Of a DNA stretch of 60,653 nucleotides, positions 29,330 to 39,242 are shown in pieces (position 1 is the stretch's first letter; each line of letters opens with the position of its first letter). A program made the position numbers and the translations under genes. The DNA lies in NCBI GenBank assembly GCA_046726415.1, contig JBKPAK010000070.1, forward strand, positions 1 through 60,653, in the 5' to 3' direction. The notes under the pieces were generated by a model. The model did not search any database. It was not told the DNA's origin and saw only the letters and a program-made list of their open reading frames with translations. The DNA comes from Candidatus Methylomirabilota bacterium. GTDB taxonomy: Bacteria > Methylomirabilota > Methylomirabilia > Rokubacteriales > CSP1-6.

Positions 29330-30799
29330 TCACCCAGTGATCCATCCGTACCAGCGGTGGCTCGGGGTCGGTCCTTCGTCGAGATACGCCATCTTCATGC
29401 GGCTCAGATAGTCGTTGGGAATCTCGTGGCGCTTGGCGCTCGCGTCGACGCCGAACACCCGGGCCGCGTTCAGCCCGAAAATCTGCTCCTTCACCGAGCG
29501 CGTGAGCGGCGCATAGCCGTGTTTTTCCAGCAGGGCCGGGGGGATCTCGAAGCGCCGGAACGCTTCGATCTGCCACTGCGGCGTGCCATACCAGATGGAG
29601 TCGGTGCCCCACAACACGTGATCGGCGCCGAAGGCGTCGATGACCTGACCCAGCAGGTGGGCGCAGGCGGCGGGATTGGTGGTGACGAGCTGCCCGAAGG
29701 TGGACCCCAGCTCCATGTAGATGTTCCGGAGGCCCGGCTCCTTCTTCTTCATGGCGCAGAATTCCGTCGTCCACGGCACGCCCCCCGACGCGTTCGCCGC
29801 GACCACGCCGAGCAAGCCGGCGTGGTACACGAGGAAGTCGATGTCCGGGAAGTCCTTGGCCGCCTTGATGATGTCGCGCGGATGGTTGTAGTCCGCCACC
29901 GGCCCCAGGGGCAGTCCCTTGTGCAGGCACACGCGCCGCACGCCCAGCGCACGCACCTTCTCGAGCATGGGATAGGCGATCTTCTCGTCGTCGACGAACC
30001 AGCCGCGATCGAATCCCTTGGGCGCTGCCCCCGTATAACCCTTCCAGGCATCGACCTTGAGGGTGGAGGCCTGCAGATCCATGAAATCGAGATCGGCCTG
30101 CCCGAGCTGCGGCGTGATGAGACCATGGGCGAGCATCCGGCGCGACTGGGTGATGCGGTTGATCTCGTCGCGGATGTGCGTCATTTCCTTGGGCGGCACC
30201 ACCGCCTCTTGCGGATACGGTCCGGGTGGCGTCGAGATGAGCCCGATCGCCGTCTCGCTATCGAGGAACACCTCCTTGACGAAGTTCTCCCAGGAGAGAT
30301 CGGCCAAGGTACCGCGATCCGATGCGAGCTTCGGGTTCAGTCGCCGCGACTGCCGCCGCAGTCCCAGTAGCCCTTGCTTCGTCACCGCACCCTTGCGACC
30401 AGCCTCCGCATTCTCGGGATCGTACCCCGCGCCGACGTAGTGCACCTGCACGTCGAAGATGAAGAAGGCGTCGCCCGTGCGCGCCCGGAATGCGGCGGAA
30501 TCGGCGGCCTCGACGTCGAGCACGTCGAAGAACCGTCCGAAGACGGCATTCATGGCGAGCAGCGACGTCGCCATGCCACCGCTCGTCCTCAGGAAGCCTC
30601 GGCGGCTGAGCCCCAGCCTCGGCGCCAGACGCCCCGCCTCGGCGATGATCCGCTCCTCGACCTCCCGCTGGGACGACGTTTGCGGGAGCGGGGGGAACTC
30701 CTCGTTGGAGACGAGCCGCGTCGGCAGCGGCCACTCGGTGCGAAGCCCCCGGCGCATGCCGCGATGGATGCGAAAGGCATGGCGATTCAGAACCGTCAT
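29330..30799 (-). CDS. amidohydrolase_2 family metalloenzyme with internal twin-arginine motif
   Basis: PTRLVSNEEF, SRRGFL + hydrophobic stretch, FDVQVH, LHKG, VYHAG, LWGTDSIWYG.PQWQI. Confidence 0.88.
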   Translation of the reverse strand: MTVLNRHAFRIHRGMRRGLRTEWPLPTRLVSNEEFPPLPQTSSQREVEERIIAEAGRLAPRLGLSRRGFLRTSGGMATSLLAMNAVFGRFFDVLDVEAADSAAFRARTGDAFFIFDVQVHYVGAGYDPENAEAGRKGAVTKQGLLGLRRQSRRLNPKLASDRGTLADLSWENFVKEVFLDSETAIGLISTPPGPYPQEAVVPPKEMTHIRDEINRITQSRRMLAHGLITPQLGQADLDFMDLQASTLKVDAWKGYTGAAPKGFDRGWFVDDEKIAYPMLEKVRALGVRRVCLHKGLPLGPVADYNHPRDIIKAAKDFPDIDFLVYHAGLLGVVAANASGGVPWTTEFCAMKKKEPGLRNIYMELGSTFGQLVTTNPAACAHLLGQVIDAFGADHVLWGTDSIWYGTPQWQIEAFRRFEIPPALLEKHGYAPLTRSVKEQIFGLNAARVFGVDASAKRHEIPNDYLSRMKMAYLDEGPTPSHRWYGWITG

Positions 30800-31020
30800 G
30801 ATCGGCTCCTCAGTGAGGGTGAGGGTCGGACCCGCGCGTGCCCCGATGATCTCTCGCCGTCGAGTGTAAAACCGACACAGATGCTGTCAACCGCAGCCCC
30901 GGGGGCGCGCCGATCCGTGGGCAGCGCGGCCCGGCGTCGCGCGCCGCCCGCCCAGCCGCGCCGGAGGTTTGACTCGGTCCGCCTCTCTGGGGCAGTCTGT
31001 CGGCGAACGGAGATCACCGT

Positions 31021-32133
31021 ATGGCGACCGAACGCGGGTTGACGTATCACGCCGCGGGCATTCTCGATAATAGTCAGCTTGGCCTACCCGCGCTATTGAA
31101 GTGGGTCAACCCGACTGCTCGGTTTCGGCCCACGGGGGTCGGGCGCTGCGTGGTCGAGGTCGGGTTTTTTGCCAGCGTGGTGGAACTCACGCCCGAACTC
31201 GGGCTCGCGCTCTGCACGGATGGAGTCGGCAGCAAGGTGCGCATCGCCGAAATGCTCCAGCGCTACGACACCATCGGCATCGACTGTGTCGCCATGAACG
31301 TCAACGACGCCATCTGCGTGGGCGCCGAGCCGGTGTCATTCCTCGATTACATCGCGATCGAGCGGGCCAGCCCCACGCGGCTGGAGGACATTGCCCGAGG
31401 ACTTCACGAAGGCGCTCGCCAGGCCAACGTGGCCATCGTGGGGGGCGAGATCTCGCAGATTCCGGAGATCATCAAAGGGCACGAGCCGGGAAGCGGCCTC
31501 GACCTCGTCGGGATGTGCGCGGGCATTGTTCCGCTGAGCCGCATCATCCTCGGCGAGGCCGTGGCGGCGGGTGATGTCATCATCGGGGTCCGCAGTAGCG
31601 GCATTCACAGCAATGGCCTGACCCTTGCCCGGCGCGCCCTCTTCGACGAAGGTCGGCTGAAGGTCGACCAGTATGTGGCCCGGCTCGGGGGCACCGTCGG
31701 CGAAGAGCTCTTGCGGCCGACGCGCATCTACGTCGCTCCCGTGGTCGACCTTCTGAAGGGCGAGGTCCCCATCAAAGCCCTCGTCCATATCACGAGCGAT
31801 GGTCTGCTCAACCTCGCCCGCATTCACAACCCGCAAGTGGGATTCCGCATCGACAAGCTTCCCGAGCCCCCACCGATCTTTGACCTGATTCAAGAGTGCG
31901 GCAAGGTTCCTCTGGCCGAAATGTACCGAGTGTTCAACATGGGAATTGGATTCTGTCTCATCGTGCCCAACGATTCGTCGGTCATCGAGACGGTCACGCG
32001 CACGCTGGCATCGCCCACCGGTGGGTCGGGGACGTTCCAAGCGCAGGTGATCGGTGAGGTCGTGGCCGATGAGCGGAAACGCGTGTTCCTGCCCCACCAG
32101 CATCTCGTGGGCGAAGGCGACCGGTTCACGTAG
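31021..32133 (+). CDS. purM: phosphoribosylformylglycinamidine cyclo-ligase (AIR synthase)
   Basis: TDGVGSK, GIDCVAMNVND.ICVGAEP..FLDY, VGGE, SSGIHSNGLTLAR, ELL.PTRIY, HIT..G, EMYRVFNMGIG. Confidence 0.93.
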   Translation: MATERGLTYHAAGILDNSQLGLPALLKWVNPTARFRPTGVGRCVVEVGFFASVVELTPELGLALCTDGVGSKVRIAEMLQRYDTIGIDCVAMNVNDAICVGAEPVSFLDYIAIERASPTRLEDIARGLHEGARQANVAIVGGEISQIPEIIKGHEPGSGLDLVGMCAGIVPLSRIILGEAVAAGDVIIGVRSSGIHSNGLTLARRALFDEGRLKVDQYVARLGGTVGEELLRPTRIYVAPVVDLLKGEVPIKALVHITSDGLLNLARIHNPQVGFRIDKLPEPPPIFDLIQECGKVPLAEMYRVFNMGIGFCLIVPNDSSVIETVTRTLASPTGGSGTFQAQVIGEVVADERKRVFLPHQHLVGEGDRFT

Positions 32134-32180
32134 CATCGGGCCGCATGCAATCGGTGGGAAGACTTCGAGCCTGGGCTGGC

Positions 32181-32279
32181 GCCGGTTGGAGGGGACTCGC
32201 GTGAGGCGCCAGGCCGGTTGGAGGGGACTCGCGTGAGGCGCCACGCCGGTTGGAGGGGACTCGCGTGAGGCGCCAGGCC
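32181..32279. repeat. tandem repeat, 3 x 32 bp
   Basis: GCCGGTTGGAGGGGACTCGCGTGAGGCGCCA(G/C) at 32181, 32213 and 32245; no spacers. Confidence 0.95.
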
Positions 32280-32322
32280 CACCCGAGCCTCTGCATGGCG
32301 CGGGCCAGCTGAGGCTCGGGCG

Positions 32323-34650
32323 ATGAGCGAGCGCCTGTTCGGCGCGTCGGTGCGCCGGCGCGAGGACGCGCGATTGGTCACCGGCCGTGGCCGGTACGTC
32401 GCGGACGTCGATCTGCCGGGGATGCTCCACGTTGCGGTGTATCGGAGCCCTCATGCCCACGCCCGCATCGTGCGGATCGAGGCCGCCGCGACCCGGGGAC
32501 GACCCGGCGTGGTCCACGTCCTCGTGCCCGCCGACGTGAAGGCGCTCCGGCGACTCCCTCTGCCCGTCCCCCACTCGAGCCTGATCGCGCCGGCATGTCC
32601 CGAGATCCTTCCTCAAGAAATCGTGTCGTACGCCGGGCAGCCCGTCGCCCTTGTCGTCGCCGAGAGCGCCGCCCAGGCTGCGGACGCCCTCGACGCCCTC
32701 CGTGTCGAGTACGAGCCGCTGGGCGCCGTCGCCTCGCTCGACGACGCCCTTCGCGCCGACGGGCCGAGCGTCCATCCGAGCGGCAACGTGGCCGCGCGCT
32801 TCACCCAGCGCGTGGGCGACCCCGCGGCCGCGCTGGCGCGCGCGGAGGTGGTGCTGCGCCAGCGCCTGCACCTGCACCGCGGTGCCGGCATGGCCATGGA
32901 GACGCGCGCCATCGCCGCGCGGTGGGACGGGGATCTCGGTCAGGTCACCGTGTGGTCGACGACGCAGGCGCCGCAGATCGTGCGGCGGCTCCTGGCCCGC
33001 TATCTCGAACTTCCCGAGCATGCCGTTCGCGTCGTCACCCAGGACATCGGCGGGGGCTTCGGTCCCAAGGCCATCGTGTACCCCGAGGACATTCTGGTTC
33101 CGCTCCTCGCCCGGGCCCTCGGCCGTCCCGTGCGCTTCGTCGAGACGCGCCGTGAGCACCTCCTCGCCGTCACCCAGGAGCGCGATCAGTGGCACGACGT
33201 GGAGCTGGGACTGACGCGCGAGGGCCGGATCGTGGCCCTCCGCGACACGTTCATCCACGACTGCGGCGCCTTCGTCTCGTGGGGGGTGATCGTGCCGCTG
33301 ATCACGTCGGTCAGCGTGCCCGGCCCCTACCGCGTCTCGAACTATGAGGTGACGTTTACCGCCCTCTATACCAACCGGGTGCCGGTCACTCCGGTGCGCG
33401 GAGCGGGGCGGCCGCAGGCGGTGTTTGTGATGGAGCGGATGCTCGATCTCGCGGCCGAGCGCCTCGGGCTCGACCGGGTGGCCATCCGCGCACGCAACCT
33501 GATCCAGCCCGGCGAGTTCCCGTACGACGTCGGCCTGATCTCGCGCGATAACAGTCCGCGTCGTTACGATAGCGGCAACTATCCCGAGTGCCTGCGGCGG
33601 GCCGCCGAGGCGGTGGGCTGGAACGGCTTCGCGGCCGAGCGCGAGCGAGCGCGCACCGAGGGTCGGGCGATCGGCGTTGGCTTCGCCCTCTTCGTCGAAG
33701 ATACCGGACTCGGCCCGTACGAAGGCATCCGCGTCCGCGTTGATCCCGTGGGCCGGGTGTTCGTCTTCTCGGGAACGTCGAGCCAGGGCCAGGCTCACGA
33801 GACCACCTTGGCCCAGATCGTTGCCGACGGGCTTTCGGTGCCGATCGAGCACGTGACGGTGGTGCCCGGCGACACGGAAGGCCTCCCCTACGGCGTAGGG
33901 ACGTTTGCCAGCCGCGTGGCCGTGCTGGCGAGCGCCTCGGCGCTCCACGCCGCCACCGAAGTGCGCAAGAAGGCGCTCGCCGTCGCTGCCGATCACCTCG
34001 AGGCCGCGCCGGAGGACCTGATCCTGGAGGACGGCCGGATCGCGGTGCGCGGAGCCCCGGGGCGCGGGCTGGCCCTCGGCGACGTGGCGGCGATCGCCAC
34101 GGCACCCCGCCCGGGCTACGCGCTGCCCGGCAAGATGGATCCGGGTCTCGAAGCCTCGGGCTACGTGCACGTGCTTCAGTCGACGTACTCGAATGGGGCC
34201 CATGCGGCGGTGGTCGAGGTCGATCCGGAAACCGGCGCGGTGCGGCTCCTGCGCTACGTGGCGGTGGACGACTGCGGCGCGATGATCAATCCCATGGTGG
34301 TCGAGGGTCAGGTGCATGGTGGGATCGCCCACGGCATCGGCAACGCGCTCCTCGAGGAAGTCATCTACGACGCCGCCGGCCAACTGGTCACCGGTACGCT
34401 GATGGACTATGCCCTCCCGCGCGCCACGGACGTCCCGCATCTCGAGGTCCACCACGTCGTCACCCCCTCGCCCCTCAACCCGCTCGGCGTCAAGGGCGCC
34501 GGGGAGGGCGGTACCTTGCCCGCGCCGGCCGCCATCGCCAACGCGGTGGCCGACGCGCTCCAGGCACGGGGTGTCGAGGTAACGGAGATGCCGCTCACGC
34601 GCGAGCGCCTTTGGGGCCGAGTGCGCGCCGCGCAGACCCAACGCCACTGA
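32323..34650 (+). CDS. xanthine dehydrogenase family molybdopterin-binding subunit (CoxL form II-like)
   Basis: RREDARLVTG.GRYV.D, GGGFGPK, PVRGAGRPQ, SQGQAHET, EGQVHGG..HGIG, GVKGAGEGG. Confidence 0.93.
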   Translation: MSERLFGASVRRREDARLVTGRGRYVADVDLPGMLHVAVYRSPHAHARIVRIEAAATRGRPGVVHVLVPADVKALRRLPLPVPHSSLIAPACPEILPQEIVSYAGQPVALVVAESAAQAADALDALRVEYEPLGAVASLDDALRADGPSVHPSGNVAARFTQRVGDPAAALARAEVVLRQRLHLHRGAGMAMETRAIAARWDGDLGQVTVWSTTQAPQIVRRLLARYLELPEHAVRVVTQDIGGGFGPKAIVYPEDILVPLLARALGRPVRFVETRREHLLAVTQERDQWHDVELGLTREGRIVALRDTFIHDCGAFVSWGVIVPLITSVSVPGPYRVSNYEVTFTALYTNRVPVTPVRGAGRPQAVFVMERMLDLAAERLGLDRVAIRARNLIQPGEFPYDVGLISRDNSPRRYDSGNYPECLRRAAEAVGWNGFAAERERARTEGRAIGVGFALFVEDTGLGPYEGIRVRVDPVGRVFVFSGTSSQGQAHETTLAQIVADGLSVPIEHVTVVPGDTEGLPYGVGTFASRVAVLASASALHAATEVRKKALAVAADHLEAAPEDLILEDGRIAVRGAPGRGLALGDVAAIATAPRPGYALPGKMDPGLEASGYVHVLQSTYSNGAHAAVVEVDPETGAVRLLRYVAVDDCGAMINPMVVEGQVHGGIAHGIGNALLEEVIYDAAGQLVTGTLMDYALPRATDVPHLEVHHVVTPSPLNPLGVKGAGEGGTLPAPAAIANAVADALQARGVEVTEMPLTRERLWGRVRAAQTQRH

Positions 34651-34724
34651 CCTCTCCGCGAGGCCCCGTGCCATACTCGCTTGCCGCCCGTCCCGTGCCG
34701 GGCGGGCCACCGGAGGAGGACAGC

Positions 34725-35663
34725 GTGAAGCTCGTTCTAGGCGAAATCGCGACGACCGGCGAAGTCTGGCCTGGCCTGATCACCGATCGCGGCGTCGTCA
34801 GCCTCGCCGACGCCGTCCCCACGGCCGCCACCCCCCAGCTGACGATGCAGGGCCTCATCGACAACTTCGAGACCCTGCGCCCCGCGCTGGAGCGACTGGC
34901 GAAGGCCGGGCCGGCCACCCCCCTGTCCGACGTCCGGCTGCGGGCACCCCTCCCGCGGCCGGGAAAGATCCTGGCCTGCATCGCCAATTACTGGGAGCAC
35001 GGCGCCATGGAGGCCCGCCCGCTGAACATGTTCCTCAAGAACTCGGACGCGGTGATCGGGCCGGGCGACACGATTGTCCTGCCCGAGTTCACTGAGCCGT
35101 GGATTTTCATGCACGAGGCTGAGCTGGCGCTCGTCATCAGAGGGCCGGCCAAGATGGTCAAGCGGGCGGACTGGCGCCGCGCCGTGTTCGGCTACACCGG
35201 GATGATCGACGTGTCCGCCCGCGGCGAGGGACGGCGCACGTGGAAGACCGGCAGCTGGCTCGGCAAGTCCTTCGACACCTTCGCGCCCATCGGCCCCTGC
35301 ATCGCCACCGCCGACGAGATCCCCGAGCCCAACAACGTCCACGTCCAGTTCTGGGTGGATGGCCAGCTCCGACACAACTACAACACCGACGACATGGAGC
35401 ACGGGGTGCCCGAGCTCGTGGAGTTCGCCACGACCATCATGACCCTCAACTCAGGCGACCTCATCGCGTGCGGCACCAATCACGAGGGTCTGGGTCCGCT
35501 TCAAGACGGAGAAGTCGTGGATTTCGAGATCCACGGGATTGGCCGGATGCGGCTCCACGTGCGCGATCCGCTGAAGCGCTCGTGGGAAAAGGGCATCTAC
35601 ATGGGCGCCGATTCCACCAATCCCGAGGCGGTGCGGCGCAACCGACCCCCGAGCGGCAGCTGA
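34725..35663 (+). CDS. fumarylacetoacetate hydrolase family protein
   Basis: PGKILACIANY, HEAELA.VI, DVSAR, GKSFDTFAPIGP; GGAGGAGG RBS before GTG. Confidence 0.9.
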   Translation: MKLVLGEIATTGEVWPGLITDRGVVSLADAVPTAATPQLTMQGLIDNFETLRPALERLAKAGPATPLSDVRLRAPLPRPGKILACIANYWEHGAMEARPLNMFLKNSDAVIGPGDTIVLPEFTEPWIFMHEAELALVIRGPAKMVKRADWRRAVFGYTGMIDVSARGEGRRTWKTGSWLGKSFDTFAPIGPCIATADEIPEPNNVHVQFWVDGQLRHNYNTDDMEHGVPELVEFATTIMTLNSGDLIACGTNHEGLGPLQDGEVVDFEIHGIGRMRLHVRDPLKRSWEKGIYMGADSTNPEAVRRNRPPSGS

Positions 35664-35742
35664 GCGGCGACCCACCACGGGCTCGCCCCGCGGGACGCCC
35701 GTGGCCTGGGTCAATCGTCGACGGGCATGGCCACGGCCGATT

Positions 35743-36837
35743 TCACGCGCTCCACACGCTTCGCGCGACCTCGACCACCAGCTCGAGCTTGCGCCATTGT
35801 TCATCCTCGCTGAGCGCGTTGCCATGGTGCGTGCTGGCGAAGCCACACTGCGGCGACAGACACAGGCTCTCGAGCGGTACGTACTGCGCCGCCTCGTCGA
35901 TCCGGCGCGCCAGTGCGTCCTTGCTCTCCAGTGCCCCCGACTTGGTGGTGACCAGGCCCAAGACCACCTTCTTGCCGGCGGGTAGCAGGCGCAGTGGCGC
36001 GAAGCCGCCGGCGCGCTCGGTGTCGTACTCCATGAAGTAGCCGTCGACCGCCGTGGAGAACATCGCCTCCAGCACCTCGTCCTGATAGCCGGTCTCCGCG
36101 AACCAGGTGCTTCGGAAATTGCCGCGGCAGGTATGCATGGTCACGCTCATGTCCGGTGAGCGCCCGGCCAGAGCCCGGTTGATCGCCTCGGCATAGATTC
36201 GGGGCAGCAGGGCGGGATCGTCACCGTTGGCGCGAAAGTTGTCGCGCACCTTGGGATCGCAGAGGTACGCGAAGCTCACGTCGTCGAGCTGGAGGTACGT
36301 GCAGCCAGCCGCGGCAATGTATGCGATTGCCAGACGGTAGGCCGCGGTGGCGTCCGCCCAGAACTCGGCCAGGTCCGGGTAGGTCTCACGCGAGACCGCG
36401 TTGCGCCCGCCGCGCATGTGCAGCATCGCCGGCGACGGGATGGTGAGCTTGGGCACGGCCTTCGCGGCCGACCGGAGGAACGCGAAGTGATCCACCATGA
36501 TCGGCCCGGTGCAGCGAACCTCCCCGGTGATCGCCGCCATGGGCGGCACGTCCTCGGCTTGAAACGTCAGGCCGACCGCGGGCTTGAGGTCCACGCCTTC
36601 GAACTGGCGGAGGAAGTCGAGGTGCCAGAAGTCGCGGCGGTACTCGCCGTCGGTCACGACCTGCAGGCCGAGCGACTGTTGCTTCTCCACGGCCACCCGG
36701 ATGCAGCGGTCTTCGACCGCCCCGAGTTGCGCGGGAGCGATCGCCCCAGCCTGGGCCTGGGCTCGCGCTTCCCGCAGCTCGGCCGGCCGCAGGAGACTGC
36801 CGACATGGTCAGCGCGGAACGGGGGCTTCGCGGTCAT
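35743..36837 (-). CDS. cobalamin-independent methionine synthase II family protein (YxjG/H-like)
   Basis: PPFRADHVGSLLRP, TDGEYRR, QLDD, HTCRGN, EYD..RAGGF.PL, LSPQCGFAS. Confidence 0.92.
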   Translation of the reverse strand: MTAKPPFRADHVGSLLRPAELREARAQAQAGAIAPAQLGAVEDRCIRVAVEKQQSLGLQVVTDGEYRRDFWHLDFLRQFEGVDLKPAVGLTFQAEDVPPMAAITGEVRCTGPIMVDHFAFLRSAAKAVPKLTIPSPAMLHMRGGRNAVSRETYPDLAEFWADATAAYRLAIAYIAAAGCTYLQLDDVSFAYLCDPKVRDNFRANGDDPALLPRIYAEAINRALAGRSPDMSVTMHTCRGNFRSTWFAETGYQDEVLEAMFSTAVDGYFMEYDTERAGGFAPLRLLPAGKKVVLGLVTTKSGALESKDALARRIDEAAQYVPLESLCLSPQCGFASTHHGNALSEDEQWRKLELVVEVARSVWSA

Positions 36838-37021
36838 GTCCCTCTCCATCGGGGTGGTTCCCAGTCCTGCCGGCCGCCTCCGGATCTTCGCCTCGCCGGC
36901 CCGACATGGATTCTCAATGAAGAAGCAGCCGACTCTTAATTGAGCCGGCGCGACCTCCCTCTTTCACAATCGAGTCGGCCAGGACACGCGTCACACCGCG
37001 GCAGGGGGAGGAGAGCCCGTG

Positions 37022-37813
37022 ATGCCAGCGCGGTACCGCACCATCTGGCTCAGCGACACGCACTTGGGGACGCGGGACTGTCAGGCCCGCGCGCTCCTCG
37101 ACTTCCTGGACGGATGCGAGTGCGAGTTCCTGTACCTGGTGGGCGACATCATCGATTTCTGGCGCCTCAAGCGCATGCCGCACTGGGACCAACTGCATAG
37201 CGACGTGATCCGCACGGTGTTGTCCAAGGCCCGGACCGGCACCATGGTAACCCTGGTGCCGGGCAATCACGACGAATATCTGCGGCGGTTCTGCGACTTC
37301 CAGCTCGGAAACATCATGGTCACGCGGGAGGCGATTCATCGCACGGTGGATGGGCGCCTCTTCCTGGTCGTGCACGGCGACGAGTTCGACGGGATCACCC
37401 GCTGTCACCGCTGGGTCGCCTTGACGGGTGACGTCGGATACGAGGTGCTCCTCGTCCTCAACCGGTGGTTCAACCACGCGCGTCGCCTCCTGAGGCTGCC
37501 TTACTGGAGCCTTTCCGCCTATCTCAAGTGTCGGGTCAAGCGGGCGGTCAACTTCATCACCGCCTTCGAGACATCCCTGGCCCGCGAGGCCTCGCGCCGC
37601 GACCTGCACGGCGTCGTGTGCGGACACATCCACCGGGCGGAGATGCGGGAGATCGACGGCATCCTCTACTGCAACACCGGGGACTGGGTGGAGAGCTGCA
37701 CGGCGCTGGTCGAGGGCATGGACGGCACCCTCGAACTCCTATCGTTCGTGCCCACGTTCTCCGAGGTGATGGCGACGCCGGCCACCGTCGGCACCCGGGT
37801 GGCGCTGACGTGA
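37022..37813 (+). CDS. LpxH-like metallophosphoesterase (PlcP-type phospholipase C candidate)
   Basis: YRTIWLSDTHLG, LVGDIID, PGNHD, HGDEFD, YWSLS.YLK..VK.AV.FI..FE, CGHIH, Y.NTGDWVESCTALVE. Confidence 0.9.
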   Translation: MPARYRTIWLSDTHLGTRDCQARALLDFLDGCECEFLYLVGDIIDFWRLKRMPHWDQLHSDVIRTVLSKARTGTMVTLVPGNHDEYLRRFCDFQLGNIMVTREAIHRTVDGRLFLVVHGDEFDGITRCHRWVALTGDVGYEVLLVLNRWFNHARRLLRLPYWSLSAYLKCRVKRAVNFITAFETSLAREASRRDLHGVVCGHIHRAEMREIDGILYCNTGDWVESCTALVEGMDGTLELLSFVPTFSEVMATPATVGTRVALT

Positions 37814-39099
37814 AGGTGACGACGACGCGTATGGATCGCGGCGCCAGCAGCGGGCGAGGGGACAACCTGATTGGTGCTCCGCCTCCGGCTACGGTTCACC
37901 GACAGACGGGACGTCGGCGACACATCTGCGTGGTCACCGAAACCTACCCTCCCGAGATCAACGGGGTGGCTCTCACCCTGGCTCGCCTGGTGAATGGATT
38001 GCGGGCTCACGGTCATGTGGTGTCCGTGGTCCGCCCGCATCAGGGCGCCGCCGAGGCTCCGGGCGCCCCCGACCCCGAGGTGACGTTCGTTCGGGGCGTG
38101 TCATTGCCCTGCTACGGTGGCGTGCGCATCGGGGTACCGGCCGGTGGCGTGTTGCGGCACTGCTGGACAATGCGGCGGCCGGATGTGGTGTACGTGGCGA
38201 CGGAGGGCCCTCTCGGATGGTCCGCGGTCCAGGCCGCGCGAGGGCTGGGGCTGCCGGTGCTCAGCGGCTTTCACACCAACTTCCACGGCTATGCGCGGCA
38301 CTATCGCGCACGCTGGTTGGGGCCCTTGATCTTTCGCTATCTGCGGCGATTTCACAACCGCACGCTCGGCACTCTGGTGGCCAGCGCGGATCTGCGCCAA
38401 CAGCTCCAGGCCGCCGGCTTCCGGAATCTGAGCGTGCTCGGCCGCGGGGTCGATAGTCAGCTCTTCACCCCGGAGCGCCGCTCGGCCGCCCTGCGGGAGG
38501 CGTGGGGTGCCTCGGAAGGCGATCTGGTCGCCCTCTACGTCGGTCGGATCGCGCCGGAGAAGAACGTGCCAGTGGCCATCGAGGCGTACCGCGGAATGCA
38601 GCGGATCAGCCGTTCGGTGAGGTTCGTCATCGTCGGGGACGGCCCGCTGCGCGCCGCGCTGCACGACGCGCATTCCGACCTGCGCTTCTGTGGGGCGCAG
38701 ACGGGTGAGGCACTCGCCGTTCACTATGCGTCGGCCGACGTGTTCCTGTTCCCCAGCGAAACGGAGACCTTCGGGAATGTGACCCTGGAAGCCATGGCCA
38801 GTGGTCTGGTCGTCGTCGCCTATGACTATGCCGCCGCACGCATGCACATTTCCCATGGGCAGACGGGAGTACTGGTGCCCCGCGGCGCGTCCGGCGCCTT
38901 CGTCGAGGCGGCGGTGGCGCTGGCGCGCTCACCACAGTCCCTCCGCGCGATGGGCCGGCGCGCCCGCGCGTACGTGGCCGGCCTCGATTGGCGGGACGTC
39001 GTGGAGCAGTTCGAGATGCTCCACACGAGCGCGCTGGCGGAGCGTTCGGTCACCGGGCAGGCGGCTGCGACCCCTGCCGGATCGGCGAACTATCACTAG
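37810..39099 (+). CDS. GT4 glycosyltransferase (Agt-like glycolipid synthase candidate)
   Basis: GTGA overlap with the upstream gene; VTETYPPEINGVA, FHTNFH, YVGRIAPEKN, FPSETETFGNVTLEAMASG. Confidence 0.9.
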   Translation: MKVTTTRMDRGASSGRGDNLIGAPPPATVHRQTGRRRHICVVTETYPPEINGVALTLARLVNGLRAHGHVVSVVRPHQGAAEAPGAPDPEVTFVRGVSLPCYGGVRIGVPAGGVLRHCWTMRRPDVVYVATEGPLGWSAVQAARGLGLPVLSGFHTNFHGYARHYRARWLGPLIFRYLRRFHNRTLGTLVASADLRQQLQAAGFRNLSVLGRGVDSQLFTPERRSAALREAWGASEGDLVALYVGRIAPEKNVPVAIEAYRGMQRISRSVRFVIVGDGPLRAALHDAHSDLRFCGAQTGEALAVHYASADVFLFPSETETFGNVTLEAMASGLVVVAYDYAAARMHISHGQTGVLVPRGASGAFVEAAVALARSPQSLRAMGRRARAYVAGLDWRDVVEQFEMLHTSALAERSVTGQAAATPAGSANYH

Positions 39100-39242
39100 C
39101 GGGCAGGCCGCTCGAACAGGTCCCGCCGCGAGGCAGCGCCCGACCGTCGCACGCCACGCGTAGTCGCTCTGCGCTGAGCGCGCGGCCGAGGGCGCCAACG
39201 AAGCAAATGGGCCGTTTGGAGCGGCCTGGTGAGGAGGGGGAT

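Noticed and set aside
32181-32279. CRISPR array
   Set aside because: The 32-bp units are contiguous with no spacers, and there are no cas genes.
32323-34650. True aerobic CO dehydrogenase
   Set aside because: It lacks AYxCSFR, and coxM/coxS and accessory genes are absent.
31336-34710. 1124-aa minus-strand ORF and other long overlapping ORFs (e.g. 12374-14440, 20433-22262, 49207-50973)
   Set aside because: These are antisense shadows of real genes, expected in high-GC DNA, with no recognisable motifs.
36900-37020. Pho box upstream of the PlcP-like gene
   Set aside because: Isolated half-site-like words (CTTTCAC, GCGTCAC) are not in the 11-bp register, so I cannot support the call by eye.
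37022-37813. lpxH of lipid A synthesis
   Set aside because: Coupling to a GT4 and the YWSLS.YLK / GDWVESCTALVE motifs fit the PlcP-like subgroup better.
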